Source: Microthyrium microscopicum
Taxonomy: Eukaryota
DNA length: 64,000 nucleotides
Assembly (NCBI GenBank): GCA_010405405.1
Contig: MU004244.1
Span: forward strand, 189,895-253,894
Direction of reading: 5' to 3'
This document shows, piece after piece, positions 13,370 to 27,399 of this stretch. Numbering within the stretch: the first letter of the stretch is position 1; each line of letters opens with the position of its first letter. A program made the translations under genes and the position numbers. The notes beneath the pieces are model-generated. The model saw only the letters and a list, made by a program, of their open reading frames with translations, made no database searches and was not told the DNA's origin.

Positions 13370-14221
13370 TCACATGGGAGCAAACTCGCTTCTCATTGCT
13401 TCCTTGACAATTCCGGCGCACAGCCTAGCATATGGATTTGTGCGGACGGCCAGGTTACGCCCTATTTCGCTGCCGTACATGCCAGCCATGAAGAAGCTTC
13501 GACTTCCTTCTTCTTCCAGACGACTGTTATCCCAGGTCTGCCAGTCTGGAACATCTTCGTCCTGCTTTGGGGTTGGTGCGGCAGCTGGGGTGCTCTTTTG
13601 GGCGGGTTGGAGTGATCCTGCTCGTTTGGTAATTCCCCAAAATACGGCGCCTCGTTGTGTCCAGGCTTGGGAAAGTAGCTTTGCTTGCGCGGGGCTTACC
13701 GATGCCTGTGTTTCTGGCGGACTTGCTAGGGCGATCGCGGTTTCTAGATCCTTGATGGTCGCCACTCGTGCTTCTTCCAACTGCTCGTCTTTTAAGGAGA
13801 GGTCTAGTAGAGCATTTTCGTATCGCCAGCGCCGTAGCTGTGCTCGGTTGTTGTATGCAGAAGCGTAATCTGGGTTCTCGGCGATAAGAGCAGTGAGTAG
13901 TTCCAGTGCTCGGAGGTAGACCTCGTGTTTTCTCGAATTTTCAGATTGCGCTTGTGGTATATCGGTTGATTTGTTTGATAGTTGAATGTTCGGTGCTGAA
14001 GTGGATTCAACACTGAATTGTTCAACAAGTCGCACTGCCCCCAGTTCCGCCTTTTGAAGCTGCTTGAGACGTGCCGAATCATGGACCTTAGAATCTGATG
14101 GGAGAGTCGTATCAATTGTGACGGACGGAGAATCTGGTGAATTTTCGGGATCAAATACAGAGTTTATGATCCTCTCGTCCGCATTGGAAAGATGAGTCTG
14201 GTTTGACATTGTAACAGCCAT
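13370..14221 (-). CDS. TPR protein, TTC36/HmgX-like, probable HPPD accessory factor
   Basis: TPR motif PDYASAYNNRAQLRR and C-terminal NPYARLCAGIV, typical of TTC36-like proteins; head-to-head with HPPD. Confidence 0.8.
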   Translation of the reverse strand: MAVTMSNQTHLSNADERIINSVFDPENSPDSPSVTIDTTLPSDSKVHDSARLKQLQKAELGAVRLVEQFSVESTSAPNIQLSNKSTDIPQAQSENSRKHEVYLRALELLTALIAENPDYASAYNNRAQLRRWRYENALLDLSLKDEQLEEARVATIKDLETAIALASPPETQASVSPAQAKLLSQAWTQRGAVFWGITKRAGSLQPAQKSTPAAAPTPKQDEDVPDWQTWDNSRLEEEGSRSFFMAGMYGSEIGRNLAVRTNPYARLCAGIVKEAMRSEFAPM

Positions 14222-14992
14222 TGCCGAGCGGTAGTACGCGTTTCTGGCGACCAAGATATAGATGTACGGATTGTGATGGGAAAGAGTAGTGGTGGTTGAC
14301 GAGAAGGAGTCAACGTCCTTTGTTTGCTGGTTGTTGAGCTTATTGCCACACGAGGATGAATTCAACACTTCTACAACTGTAATGCCACCTGAATGTGCTT
14401 ATCAACCGCAGTATTGTCACTGTACCAAAATCATGCGGACTCATCAACTGCCGGGACTGATACCTATCTCATCCCGATTAGGCTCAGCCTTGTGGTGCAT
14501 CCGAGAGTAGCCGATGGTAGCCAGTACTTTGAGTTTCCAACAGCCAATCAGAGCCCATGACATCAGCCGCTTTCAACGTCGTTGCTTTGTTCCCATCGCT
14601 GACAGTCTTTGATATTACCGCTTACGGGTCCTTTTGCATGGATCGGTGCTTTTTATCAATCCATCTGCTGATAGCTCTGACATACTAACGTAACATGACC
14701 CTTCGACCAACCAGCTTGTTTGCCATCCCGGTGGATATCGACTGTGGGTGCGGATAGTGACGGCCCAAAATGTAGAGGTAGGAATGGCGATAGTTGGCCA
14801 AAGTGACAGTTGCGATCAAGGTTAATCAAGTATTATTTGCGAAGCTTTGCTCACTTCTTATCCTGATATTCTCAGTCTATATTCATCCACTTTGACATCT
14901 CCTCTAAGATACAATTCTTTGTTCTATACTTCTTAGTGCACTCTTTATCAACAGCATTGATAACACCATCACTGTACTATCAGATCTTAACC

Positions 14993-16345
<1,353 letters not shown>

Positions 16346-17326
16346 GGGAGTATGGAATAACATATGGATGATGTTTCTGACCGCATTGGCATAATTGAAG
16401 CTATTTGGAAGCCGGTTAAAGCGACGGATCTCCCATGGAAGCATCGTGGCGCTTCCTTTTGACAATAAATATAAGTTCTTGATCATTAATTTAGTCGGTC
16501 AAACACCAAACATAGATGTGATCCAGAGCATGGTACTCCTCTCATGATCAGTGATATTGCAAGTCGCCATCTTCAAAACTCGATATAAATTCTCAGTACC
16601 GGAATGTCTAGGCGCGCTTGAAAGGGCTAATGGACCACCTGCTGAGGTAGTCTATCTAACATGCCATCGGGGTCTCCAGATCAGCTTATAGGTTAGTCAA
16701 GAAGCCAATAGTACCGCTATTAGGCTTAGAATCCTTTGGAATATGAGTGCGCTTATTGAAGTCTTGTCCAACTTACACTTCCAGAGGTGCAACACCATGC
16801 ACTGCGAATGATCTTACTCGTACGGGATATGACAAACATCACATACGACAGGTCGAAGACGGAGCATGTTAGTCGGACATTTGGAATGAAAGCAATTTTT
16901 TTGGTATTTTCATAGGTGCAATTAGGTACATAGTTCCAAAAAAGTCAAAATTCTCCGCCTACCAACAGTGTTGCATGAAGCTGGCTGTAGTACAAAGTAG
17001 TCATCACCTCAGTAGTAAAAAGTCAGCCTCGTTAGGACAAGGCTGGGCTATTGACCAATGAAGTTCACTGCTTTATGAATGCTGTTTGCCAAGTGGCTGA
17101 TATTTTCAGACCCAATAATGCAAAATAAGTCAAAAATACTCGATACTGTTGTATCATGCAAGCAGTTGATAAAAGAGCATAATGCCAGCAATATCCTAAT
17201 ACTAATCGGCACTCAGTATGGAATTTCTCGAAATGACCTGAAAGAAAGATTGTTCGGTATAAACAGCGCCATTGGCTTTGGAATTTGGCGCTGGCGCTTC
17301 CATAGCTTGAAGTTTGATGACCAAAG

Positions 17327-18414
17327 TTACCATGGAGTCCACCACCCGATGGAAGGCCGGGCATTTCGCTTGAAAGCAGGAATTGCCACTGAAGAAGTCG
17401 GAGCAGCAGGAGCAGCAGGAGAAGTCGGAGCAACAACAGCAGTAGGAACAGTAGGGATGGCACTACCGGTGGCAGGGCCATCATTTCGTCGTTTCACTGG
17501 ATTGGAAGTGATGGCAGCAGGGCTGTTGGAGCTCCCTAACCAGTACAAGTCAGCCGGCATGCCTTTCGCAGCATTCGCAGCATCAGTAGGCACCGGTGAA
17601 GGGGCTGGAGACGCCGGTTGATTCGGGACAGGTTCGGCATCATTGCCACCAAAGATAGACAACGCTTGCTTCAAGTTAGGTAGTTTATCCCAAGTGCCAT
17701 CGTTCTTGGCTCCAGTTATGGTCATGGGAGCGCAGTTCATATAAGTTTCGTTCGTAGAAGTCACGGCATTCTTCCAGACCCACGAAAATATGGCATTGCC
17801 ATTTTTCATGGCGCCGTGCATCGGAATGTTGTAAGAGCGAATGCATCCTGCCACCTTAGAGTCTGACATTGCACAGTGCGCCCATGGAGCATCGTGATGA
17901 CCGGCAAGTCCTAGGGGTGGTTTGCCAATACCTGACGGGCCAGCCAAAGGTATGGGGAAATTATTTGGAGGAGCATTAACCATGAAACAGTCTGGGATGT
18001 GGTAGATCTTCTTCCACTGTGTGGGATCTTTGAATTCCGGCGAACCTTCCACAGCGTATGTGATAGCAACAGCACACAACCTAGGTAAAGTCATCAGTAG
18101 TCGCACTCGATATAGAGAGAGTTGAGTTACCCTCCTAGATGAGGAGTTGCGCTCTGGAGATGCAGAAGCTGGTTCTGGCCACCGTCCCATGAGGTCCTCT
18201 GTCCCGCTGTTGCTGGAGTGATGGGGTTGTTCTGGTCCTTTGTATTGGGATTGCAGGGAAATGATATACTGAGATCAGTATCTTTCGTGGCTATTGACCA
18301 AATGGGACCATTGAACAATGCCGCAAAGTTGTATGGTAGCGGTGTGTCCATCACTGTGTGAGCGCCTGCGCTCGTGAATAGGCTCCAGGCCAGTATAACA
18401 AAGATGAGTACCAT
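17327..18414 (-). CDS. Secreted AA11-like lytic polysaccharide monooxygenase (intron 18081-18130)
   Basis: Signal peptide ending AGA followed by His1 (HTVMDTPLPY), FPC, second His in PHLGG-LCAVAITY, WKKIYHI, FSWVWKN...NETYMNCAP; P/A/T-rich tail. Confidence 0.8.
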
Positions 18415-19243
18415 GTTGAAAGAGTCAGTAAGTATAGTAGGTTGGAGTGTTGTGTAAGAATCAATCTGTTAATGGATGCCTACCTACGTAAATGTTATAT
18501 AGCCATTAAGTAGAACCGACCAAACACAGTTGCGTTTGCTCACACAGACGAGAAGCTTGTTCGATCTGATCGCGGTGGCTACGTGGGCACATTGGTGATT
18601 GCCAAGTAAATACATGTCCTTTTCCGTCAGAATGCGCGGACTAAAAGCTTCAATGCCCAGCTTGCTCCGAGTTCTTAAGAAACCTTCGTACGGAATAGCG
18701 AGATCGATTTGCTTTACGTCAAGCTCATCTGCAGATATCCACTATGCTAGACCGATCGACCAAGTGTTGGGGGGGATTTATGCAATAGATAATTGCAGAG
18801 TAGAGACGCATGTTGAGAGGAAGACAATCAGGTTGAAAGCGAACGAAGCTTGTGGAAGATGCGAACGGAATACGTTGGCTATCGCGAACGGGAATTGACT
18901 TGCGACCCTTAAAGTTACTGAGCAGCACTGCTCGGCGCTGAATTGTCACTGATTCCTTGTTTGCAGCACAGTCGGTGTGTTTGCAGCCTATGCAATTCGA
19001 AACAGCAACTGATTGAACGGTTCAGGAGATTCACTTCTGGAGGCGAGGTAGCGGCAGACTATATTCCTAAAGCTTATTAGCGAAAAATTATCATGCAGTG
19101 ATTGAGCCTGTGCCGTTTAAGGGGAATACTAGGCACAAAAACAAACTACAGGATAAGCCGGAACATAGGTTGAGTCAAGCATTGGTATATAGAAAGTACC
19201 GAACAAACGCCATGCTAAAGTTCAGCGGGTTCACATCAATTGG

Positions 19244-20605
<1,362 letters not shown>

Positions 20606-23600
20606 ATGGCCAGCGCTCTTCAAAAGCAGTTGGCTGCAATTGCTGCAAAATCTACCCACCAATTGGATCTCAAGGCCCAGCGCGCTGCCCATGGAAAATC
20701 TCTTCTCTTCGATCCAAAGCATGCTGTTACCCAGAACTTCGACTCGTTATACCAGATCTGCCTCGAAGGCTTCTCCGACTTATGCATGCTGGACCCACGG
20801 TTCATACCCTTTTCGAACAATATATTTAGCGAACAAAGCATAGACGAGGAGCGGGAGCAGATGACTGCGACTCAGAATGAGGAACTGAATTCGGTTCTTC
20901 AAGCATTTCTTGGATTGGTTAGCTCTTCTCTGCTACTCAAACCGGGACAGAAAGCCATCGAATGGACGATACGAAGATTTCGAGTCCACGAATACAACAC
21001 CGAGGATCTCATTCTCTGCTTCTTGCCATACCACACCACACATTTGTTTGTCAAACTTCTGTCTATACTGCCACAGAATATACCGCAGACTTGCAAATTC
21101 ATTCAACCGTACATTTCCTCCTTATCGAGCCCTCCTATACGCGCCATATCCTACTCCGCCACAAACACCCCAGCATTCTTCTCCCTCCTTAACCAACACA
21201 TTCTTCGAATTGCCCGAGCAAAGTGTCACTCGAGCGCTCTACTGAGTTTCTGGTCGAGCATCGCCACTCAAGCTGTTGAGGGCATGTTGACTGGGGCACA
21301 ATCAGGAATTGCAACTATCAGAAAAGAACGTACGGAAAATGCTCTGCTCCAGATAATACCAGTTCTCAATGACGCGCTGGCAATTAAGGGGATACCTGAA
21401 CTTGACATTGCAGTATTCATGATCATAATTATTCTAGCGGCTCGGGCTGATATGAATGATGAGACTGTGGACAGCCTGATGGAAGCAGTTACCATGAATT
21501 GGGACAAAACAACTGCCAATCTTCGCTTCATTTGCTTAGCAGCACTAGCACAAGAGAGACATTCAAAGAAGCTTTCCAAGCCTGTCGCAAAACGACTTGT
21601 CGCTGTTGATGGGCTCTTTGATGGCTTGAGTGACATCTCCACAACATACAGAGCCAGTAAGCTGATACAAGGTCTGATGCTGCGATGCATTGATCGTTTG
21701 AAAAAGCCGGGCGGTCAAAAGGAGTTCGGTATAATCCGCAAAGGCTTTGAGAGTAAACTTTTGAGCCAAAAAGAATACCAGAAAGTCCTTCAATCGCTCA
21801 TAACGGTTGTTCTCCTATGGAACTACAAAAATCTTGCGCAACCAGAGGAATTGGACTGGAATGCCCTACAGGACGTGGGGGAATTCTTCAATAGTATCAC
21901 TCTCCCAATTGACTTGTCGGACAGCCAGAAGCAAGATTTACAAAAACTGGAGCTACTCCTACAAGTCTCAATAATACCTGAAGATGTAGAACCTGAGCAA
22001 TCGGCACTTCCAAGCGTGGAACCTGAGCGACCTGCCACACCAATGGAAATCGATTTCGAAGGCACTATTCTGGAATCAGATATCTCTGGCGTTTCATTTC
22101 TCGATGGGCCCCATTCGAGTGGCTTCAATAAAATCGCAAGTCTTTTCGGACAAGCCGCTCGGAATAGCGTCGATCTTCACAGTTTTATTGAGCAAGGTAT
22201 CTTAAGAAAGAATGGGGCACAGACTGGCGACACACGTTACGTTACCTTGCTGGTTCGAATCGCTTGTTCAGAGCGCCCGGTTAGCGTGCGATCCACAGCT
22301 CTCAAACTCCTAGCTGACGAACTCGACGCTCTTTTTACAGCGGAATGGAACTGTCAAGTCATCCTTCCATACCTGATCTCAGGCCTGGCAGACCAATCCG
22401 CGCAGATAAGACGAGGTGCAGCTCAGTGTATTGTCAAGTTCTCCAAACCCACGGACAACCAGCCAAAGGCTCAAATCTGGGGCGATAATAAAATATACTC
22501 TGAAGGAAGTGCGACGAAATTGTCACAAGAACATACGCTGACTCTGGTCAAATCAATTCTATCGCCAAAGCTAGAAGAATGCATTCTGAGCGCCGAAACC
22601 ATTTTCGCCGTATTCACATCATCTTTATCCAGCACAGACTCAAAAAAGACCAATAGTTCTCATTCGGAGCCGCATGCTATCTCCAAGCTTGCACGGGCAG
22701 ATATCTGTGACTTTTTGGCCGGCCACGCCGCTCTTACAGGAATCATGTCCGTGAAATCTCAATTGGTCGTCTTGCTGAACAGCCTTGGCAAAGCGGCATT
22801 GAATGCGCAGTCTACCATCATTCTGCCATTCATCAAACGCTGGAGCACTCTTTCACCAGCGAATGTGGAGTTGGCTTGCAACGGCCAGGGCGTCAAGCTA
22901 GAGACAATAAACCAGCACCTTCTACAGTCAATTACTCATCGCGACGCTGCCAGTTTACAATACCTCGCCGAACTTGTTTTGACTCCCAAAGACCGACAAG
23001 ATCTAATAGCACCAAGCCATGCTCGTCTCATAGAGTTGTGGACGACATTGGATATACATATGCGACAAGCAGTGCTTATTGAATTCACCACAATAAGCCT
23101 GAGACCACGAAACTCCAAGCTCGATAATGCCCCCGAACAGGCTAAGACATCATTGAGAAATCTGCCTCTGACTTCTGATGACCTTGGCTTCTTGTTGTCG
23201 TCTTTACCAAAGGCGACTAATATGCCCGCTGGACCCGCTGCGAAGAGAAGAAGGACTAGTCAGACTCGTTCTTCTAGGCCCGAGCAAGCGCCGAAAGAAA
23301 CGATTGAAGCACTAAGAGGTTACAATCTCGTCCTTGAACTAGTGGACTCTTGTCAGCCAGCACAGCATCCTCAGCTCCTTGGCCCGCTTTTTGAAGTCTT
23401 GAACGAACTTCAGGTGTTTTCTTCGCAAACAAATAATGCTCTCATCTACCTCAAAAGCTCTACTATCAACTCACTCTTTGCCATCGTGGACAAGCTGAAG
23501 AACACGAAGGAGGTGCCGAAGGATAAAACGGCTATTCGAACAGATCTTGTCGTGGACACAATACGGACTACTAGCAACATACAACTTCAGAATGAGGCAC

Positions 23601-26002
23601 TACTTTTAGTGTCTTGTTTGGCGGTTTGGATTCCAGAAGTCGTTCTCCACAGTGTTATGCCTATATTCACACTAATGGGAACGACAATTCTACGTCAAGG
23701 TGATGACTATTCAGCCCATGTTATTGACCAGACAGTTTCACGAGTTGTCCCTCCTCTTGTTGCTTCGCTTAAGAAGCGTAGCCGTGAGGTCGTCAGTGGA
23801 GTTTCTGATTTGCTCGTGAGCTTTACAGCCGCGTTTGAGCATATACCTTCGCACAGACGACTCGTACTCTTCCAGCATGTTGTGGAAGCGTTAGGGCCAA
23901 AAGATTGTCTCTTTGCAGTTGTATGCATGATCCTGAATCAGCACCGATCAGACTTTTCAGCACGACAGTTCGTTATCGATCTAGTCAACCAATTTGATGC
24001 AGAGATCCAATTGGGAATGCTCATACAGAGCGTGGATTTGATTGCGGACATCTTCCGTCCTCGCCGTTCGATGTCAGAAGTTGTTCTTAATATCAAAGAG
24101 AAGAAAGAGATGGTCGATCAGATCACAGCGCAGAATCTGATTGAGGCGCTTTCGGAACTGCTAACAAGCAGTGTTGTGAGATCGAAAATTGCCGAGTCGT
24201 TTGACTTTGGAAGCACCGACTCAGAAGCACAACAAAAGCGATTTACACAATTGATGAGTGGAGCAATCGGCCTCATGCAACTCTTCAAAGGCAAGACGTG
24301 TGAAGGAGCATCGAAAGAACTGCTCTCGAGTGTGTTCAGAGTGCTTCCTGTCAGCGAGCTGATTGGCTGTGCAAAGATGCTATTAAGCACATCCACCGAA
24401 GAAGTTCGCATTATACTCATCCAGTCCGCAAGCTCTCAAGTCAACAGCAGTCGTTTATCGGATCAGAAAGCCGCTACAGCTTTCTTGGAATTCATACCGG
24501 ATCTCAGCCAAGTTATCAGCCAAGCCAAGTCAGTGCAAGAAAAGAGCAGTTCCATATCATGCATCCACCAAATTGCCAAACTATTTGGAAAGCTGGATTC
24601 TTCGCAGGTTCTTTCAGCGGTTTCAGTCATCCTGGGAGACACTTGTATCGGAAGTGGAGAACTATCATTACAGGTTCAGTGTCTCTCTGCTTTGGCATCA
24701 ATGATTAAAGCACTGAAGGAAGACATGTTGCCTCATATCACTTCGATTCTCACCATCACCGACAATCTTCTGCAAAATGATCTCCAATCTGATCAACCTA
24801 GCAGTGAGCTTCATGATATGGCTTTCACAGTCATCAACGCTGTTGGAGATACACTTCCATTCCTCTTGACTGGGCGACAACTTGACAGTGCTATTCATCT
24901 CGCTCAACTTTCCAGCAACAAGCCAACTGATCAACCCACATCAACGCGCGATCATTTCTATCAAATTGTTGCAGAGCGTGTAGACCCTGCGGAAGCATTT
25001 GCGGCGATTGAGCGCAATTTCGAATGGACTCTCAACAACCAAGGTTTCGATGCGATTGTTGATTACTACAAGCTGGTGAAGGGTGCCATATCTGCCCATT
25101 CCAAGTCGAACATCATCAAAAACGCTACTGTGCTACTCAAATTCGTGAAGCAAGCAATGAACATACGGGCTCTCAAAGCTGCTGATGATGATAACTTGAT
25201 TATTTCAGCCACTGAGGCAGAAGATTTAGAGCTACTTATCATTGATGTAGCTTTGAGTTTGGTACTCAAATTGAACGATGCCATATTCAGACCCTTCTTC
25301 ATACAGCTCGTGGATTGGGCTGTCTTCCAACCAACTCAGATGAAGCCAGCTTCCGTGGCGAGAGCAACCACTCTTTTCCACTTCTTGAAGGCACTGCTTT
25401 TCCGACTCAAGGGACTGATGACAGGCTATATGAGCTACGTGCTGGAATTCATTTCGAATCTTCTTCAGTCAGATCTTACAGTAGACGAGCTCAAGCAAGC
25501 TCTACTCGTTGCGATGCTCGGCTCAGCAAGACAGAGTTTCGACTGTGACGAAGACGGTAAGCAAACTCTACAATTGATAAACGGAATAAACTAACATTTT
25601 CCAGAATTCTGGCAATCCCCGTCACACTTTACCGCCATCGCTAAACCCCTCCTCAGCCTCCTTGGTCAGAAACTAGGCGCCATCACAAACGACAGTGTCA
25701 TTCCAGCCATCACTTCCTTTGCGGTTGCCGCTGCATCAAATGACCACCTCAAAGTGCTCAACACCGACATTCTACACATGTTCCGCGCAGAGTCTCCATT
25801 TACGCGGCTGGCAGCGGTCAAGTGTCAACATAGCTTGACGGAAGAGTTGGGTGAAGAATGGCTGGCTCACTTGCCGGAGATGTTACCTTTCATGACTGAG
25901 ATGCTAGAAGATGATGATGAGAAGGTGGAACGGGAGACGCGAAGCTGGATTCGAAGTGTGGAGAAGATTATGGGAGAAAGCTTAGATAATATGCTGCAGT
26001 AA
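20606..26002 (+). CDS. UTP10: U3 snoRNA-associated protein 10 (HEAT repeats, BP28CT); intron at ~25557-25604
   Basis: MASALQKQLAAIA...SLLFDPK, EWTIRRFRVHEYN, VLHSVMPIFT, LKLNDAIFRPFF, C-terminal LPEMLPFMTEMLEDDDEKVE...MGESL. Confidence 0.96.
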
Positions 26003-26138
26003 GCCTTATGAGCTATTGAATCAACCATTAAACATGAATCTTGAGCATAGTGAGCAGTTTGTGTACCAACTTATCCCACTTCTTAATCCGTCTTATTGAT
26101 TTATGCTTAAAAAGCCGTCTTTGATACCTCTCAGTGGG

Positions 26139-26185
26139 CAAAATTAGTGGTACCCTCCCATCGAGTGCGATATCTACCATGGCAC
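26139..26185 (+). repeat. Degenerate third copy of the hairpin-containing repeat (CAAAAT..TCCCATCGAGTGCGAT..CCAT..CAC)
   Basis: TCCCATCGAGTGCGAT at 26156-26171 is identical to the reverse complement of 30036-30051 and 15/16 identical to 29724-29739. Confidence 0.75.
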
Positions 26186-27399
26186 CTTATAATGGGCACA
26201 ACTCCACTTCCCACCACCGCTTGATGCAAATCAATACCCACTACAATCATTTGAAATGTTTCAGCCTCATAAGCTATGCAAGCTGGTAACTAATAGGGAG
26301 ACTAAGGAATGTGAGAAGAAAATTGACACTACGTTAATCTAGGAAGGCTCGAAGCAAAATTAGGGAAAGTGCGGATGCTATGGGAGAAGGTGCGATTTTG
26401 GGTGCTCAAGAGGTCTTGCCTTATGAGACAAATCCAGCTTCCGTTCCAGGAAAGTGCTGCTCCTAGAATGTTAATGCCTAGACTGGAAAGAGCCATCAAG
26501 ATCTTGCCAGAAAATGAAAAGACTCTACCAGGATTATAAAGAGGAGCTGCTTATAAGACTTCCAGTACTTCCGTATCTAGTAATGGCAGAAAAAGTACCA
26601 CGCAAGCAATTTCTACGAGCCACATGCGCATGTAGATTTAAGAACTGTATCTGGTGGAACTGACCTCCCTCTAGAGACCGGCTAGAAGAAAATTCGTTGT
26701 AAAAAAGCACCAGTAGCACATGAACGATAGATTCTAGCAAGAAAGATTTCACTAACTGTCCTCCAAAGTTGAAGAAAACAACAGGCGCTACCCAACCACC
26801 AGTTGGTGCAATCAATCTATAAACTTGGGAGAAGGCTTTTCCAATGATCGCAATCAGAAAACACGAATAAGAAGTTTACTGAATTCCATACTTTACAAAA
26901 GGGACAAGATTGATTTGAGCCCAAAGACGACGGAAACTGAATCATTCACTTAGCATAAATTGTTGCTGACGGTTCAATTATAACGGCAGCGTCAAATGGC
27001 AAATACAAAGCTTTTTGAAAGTTGAACCTGAGTCAAGTACGTGGTGCTTATCTATTTGTTCAAGGTCTGGGCGTGACGGAAGACGGTGACATTGATTGGG
27101 TGGATAAACATCGTCGTGGAGGACCATAACACAGGCTGCGGGGACGCGCGGAGTGCCTTATGTAAAAGGATCAACCGCAACCCGTGGCAAGAAGAGTGGA
27201 GCAGCTTTACGAGTACTGCATTACACGATCTGAAAAACGAGTGAAAAGGTATTGATATGAAACGGGATGGTATTCCGAGAGTTTTCTATAGATTAGTTCA
27301 CTGGTTGTTACTCATTGCGGCATTGAATGGTAGGGATGGCTGATAGAAGAAGTGTTTGTTGTATTACAACGAAACTGCCAATCCTGAACTTTGCTCTTT

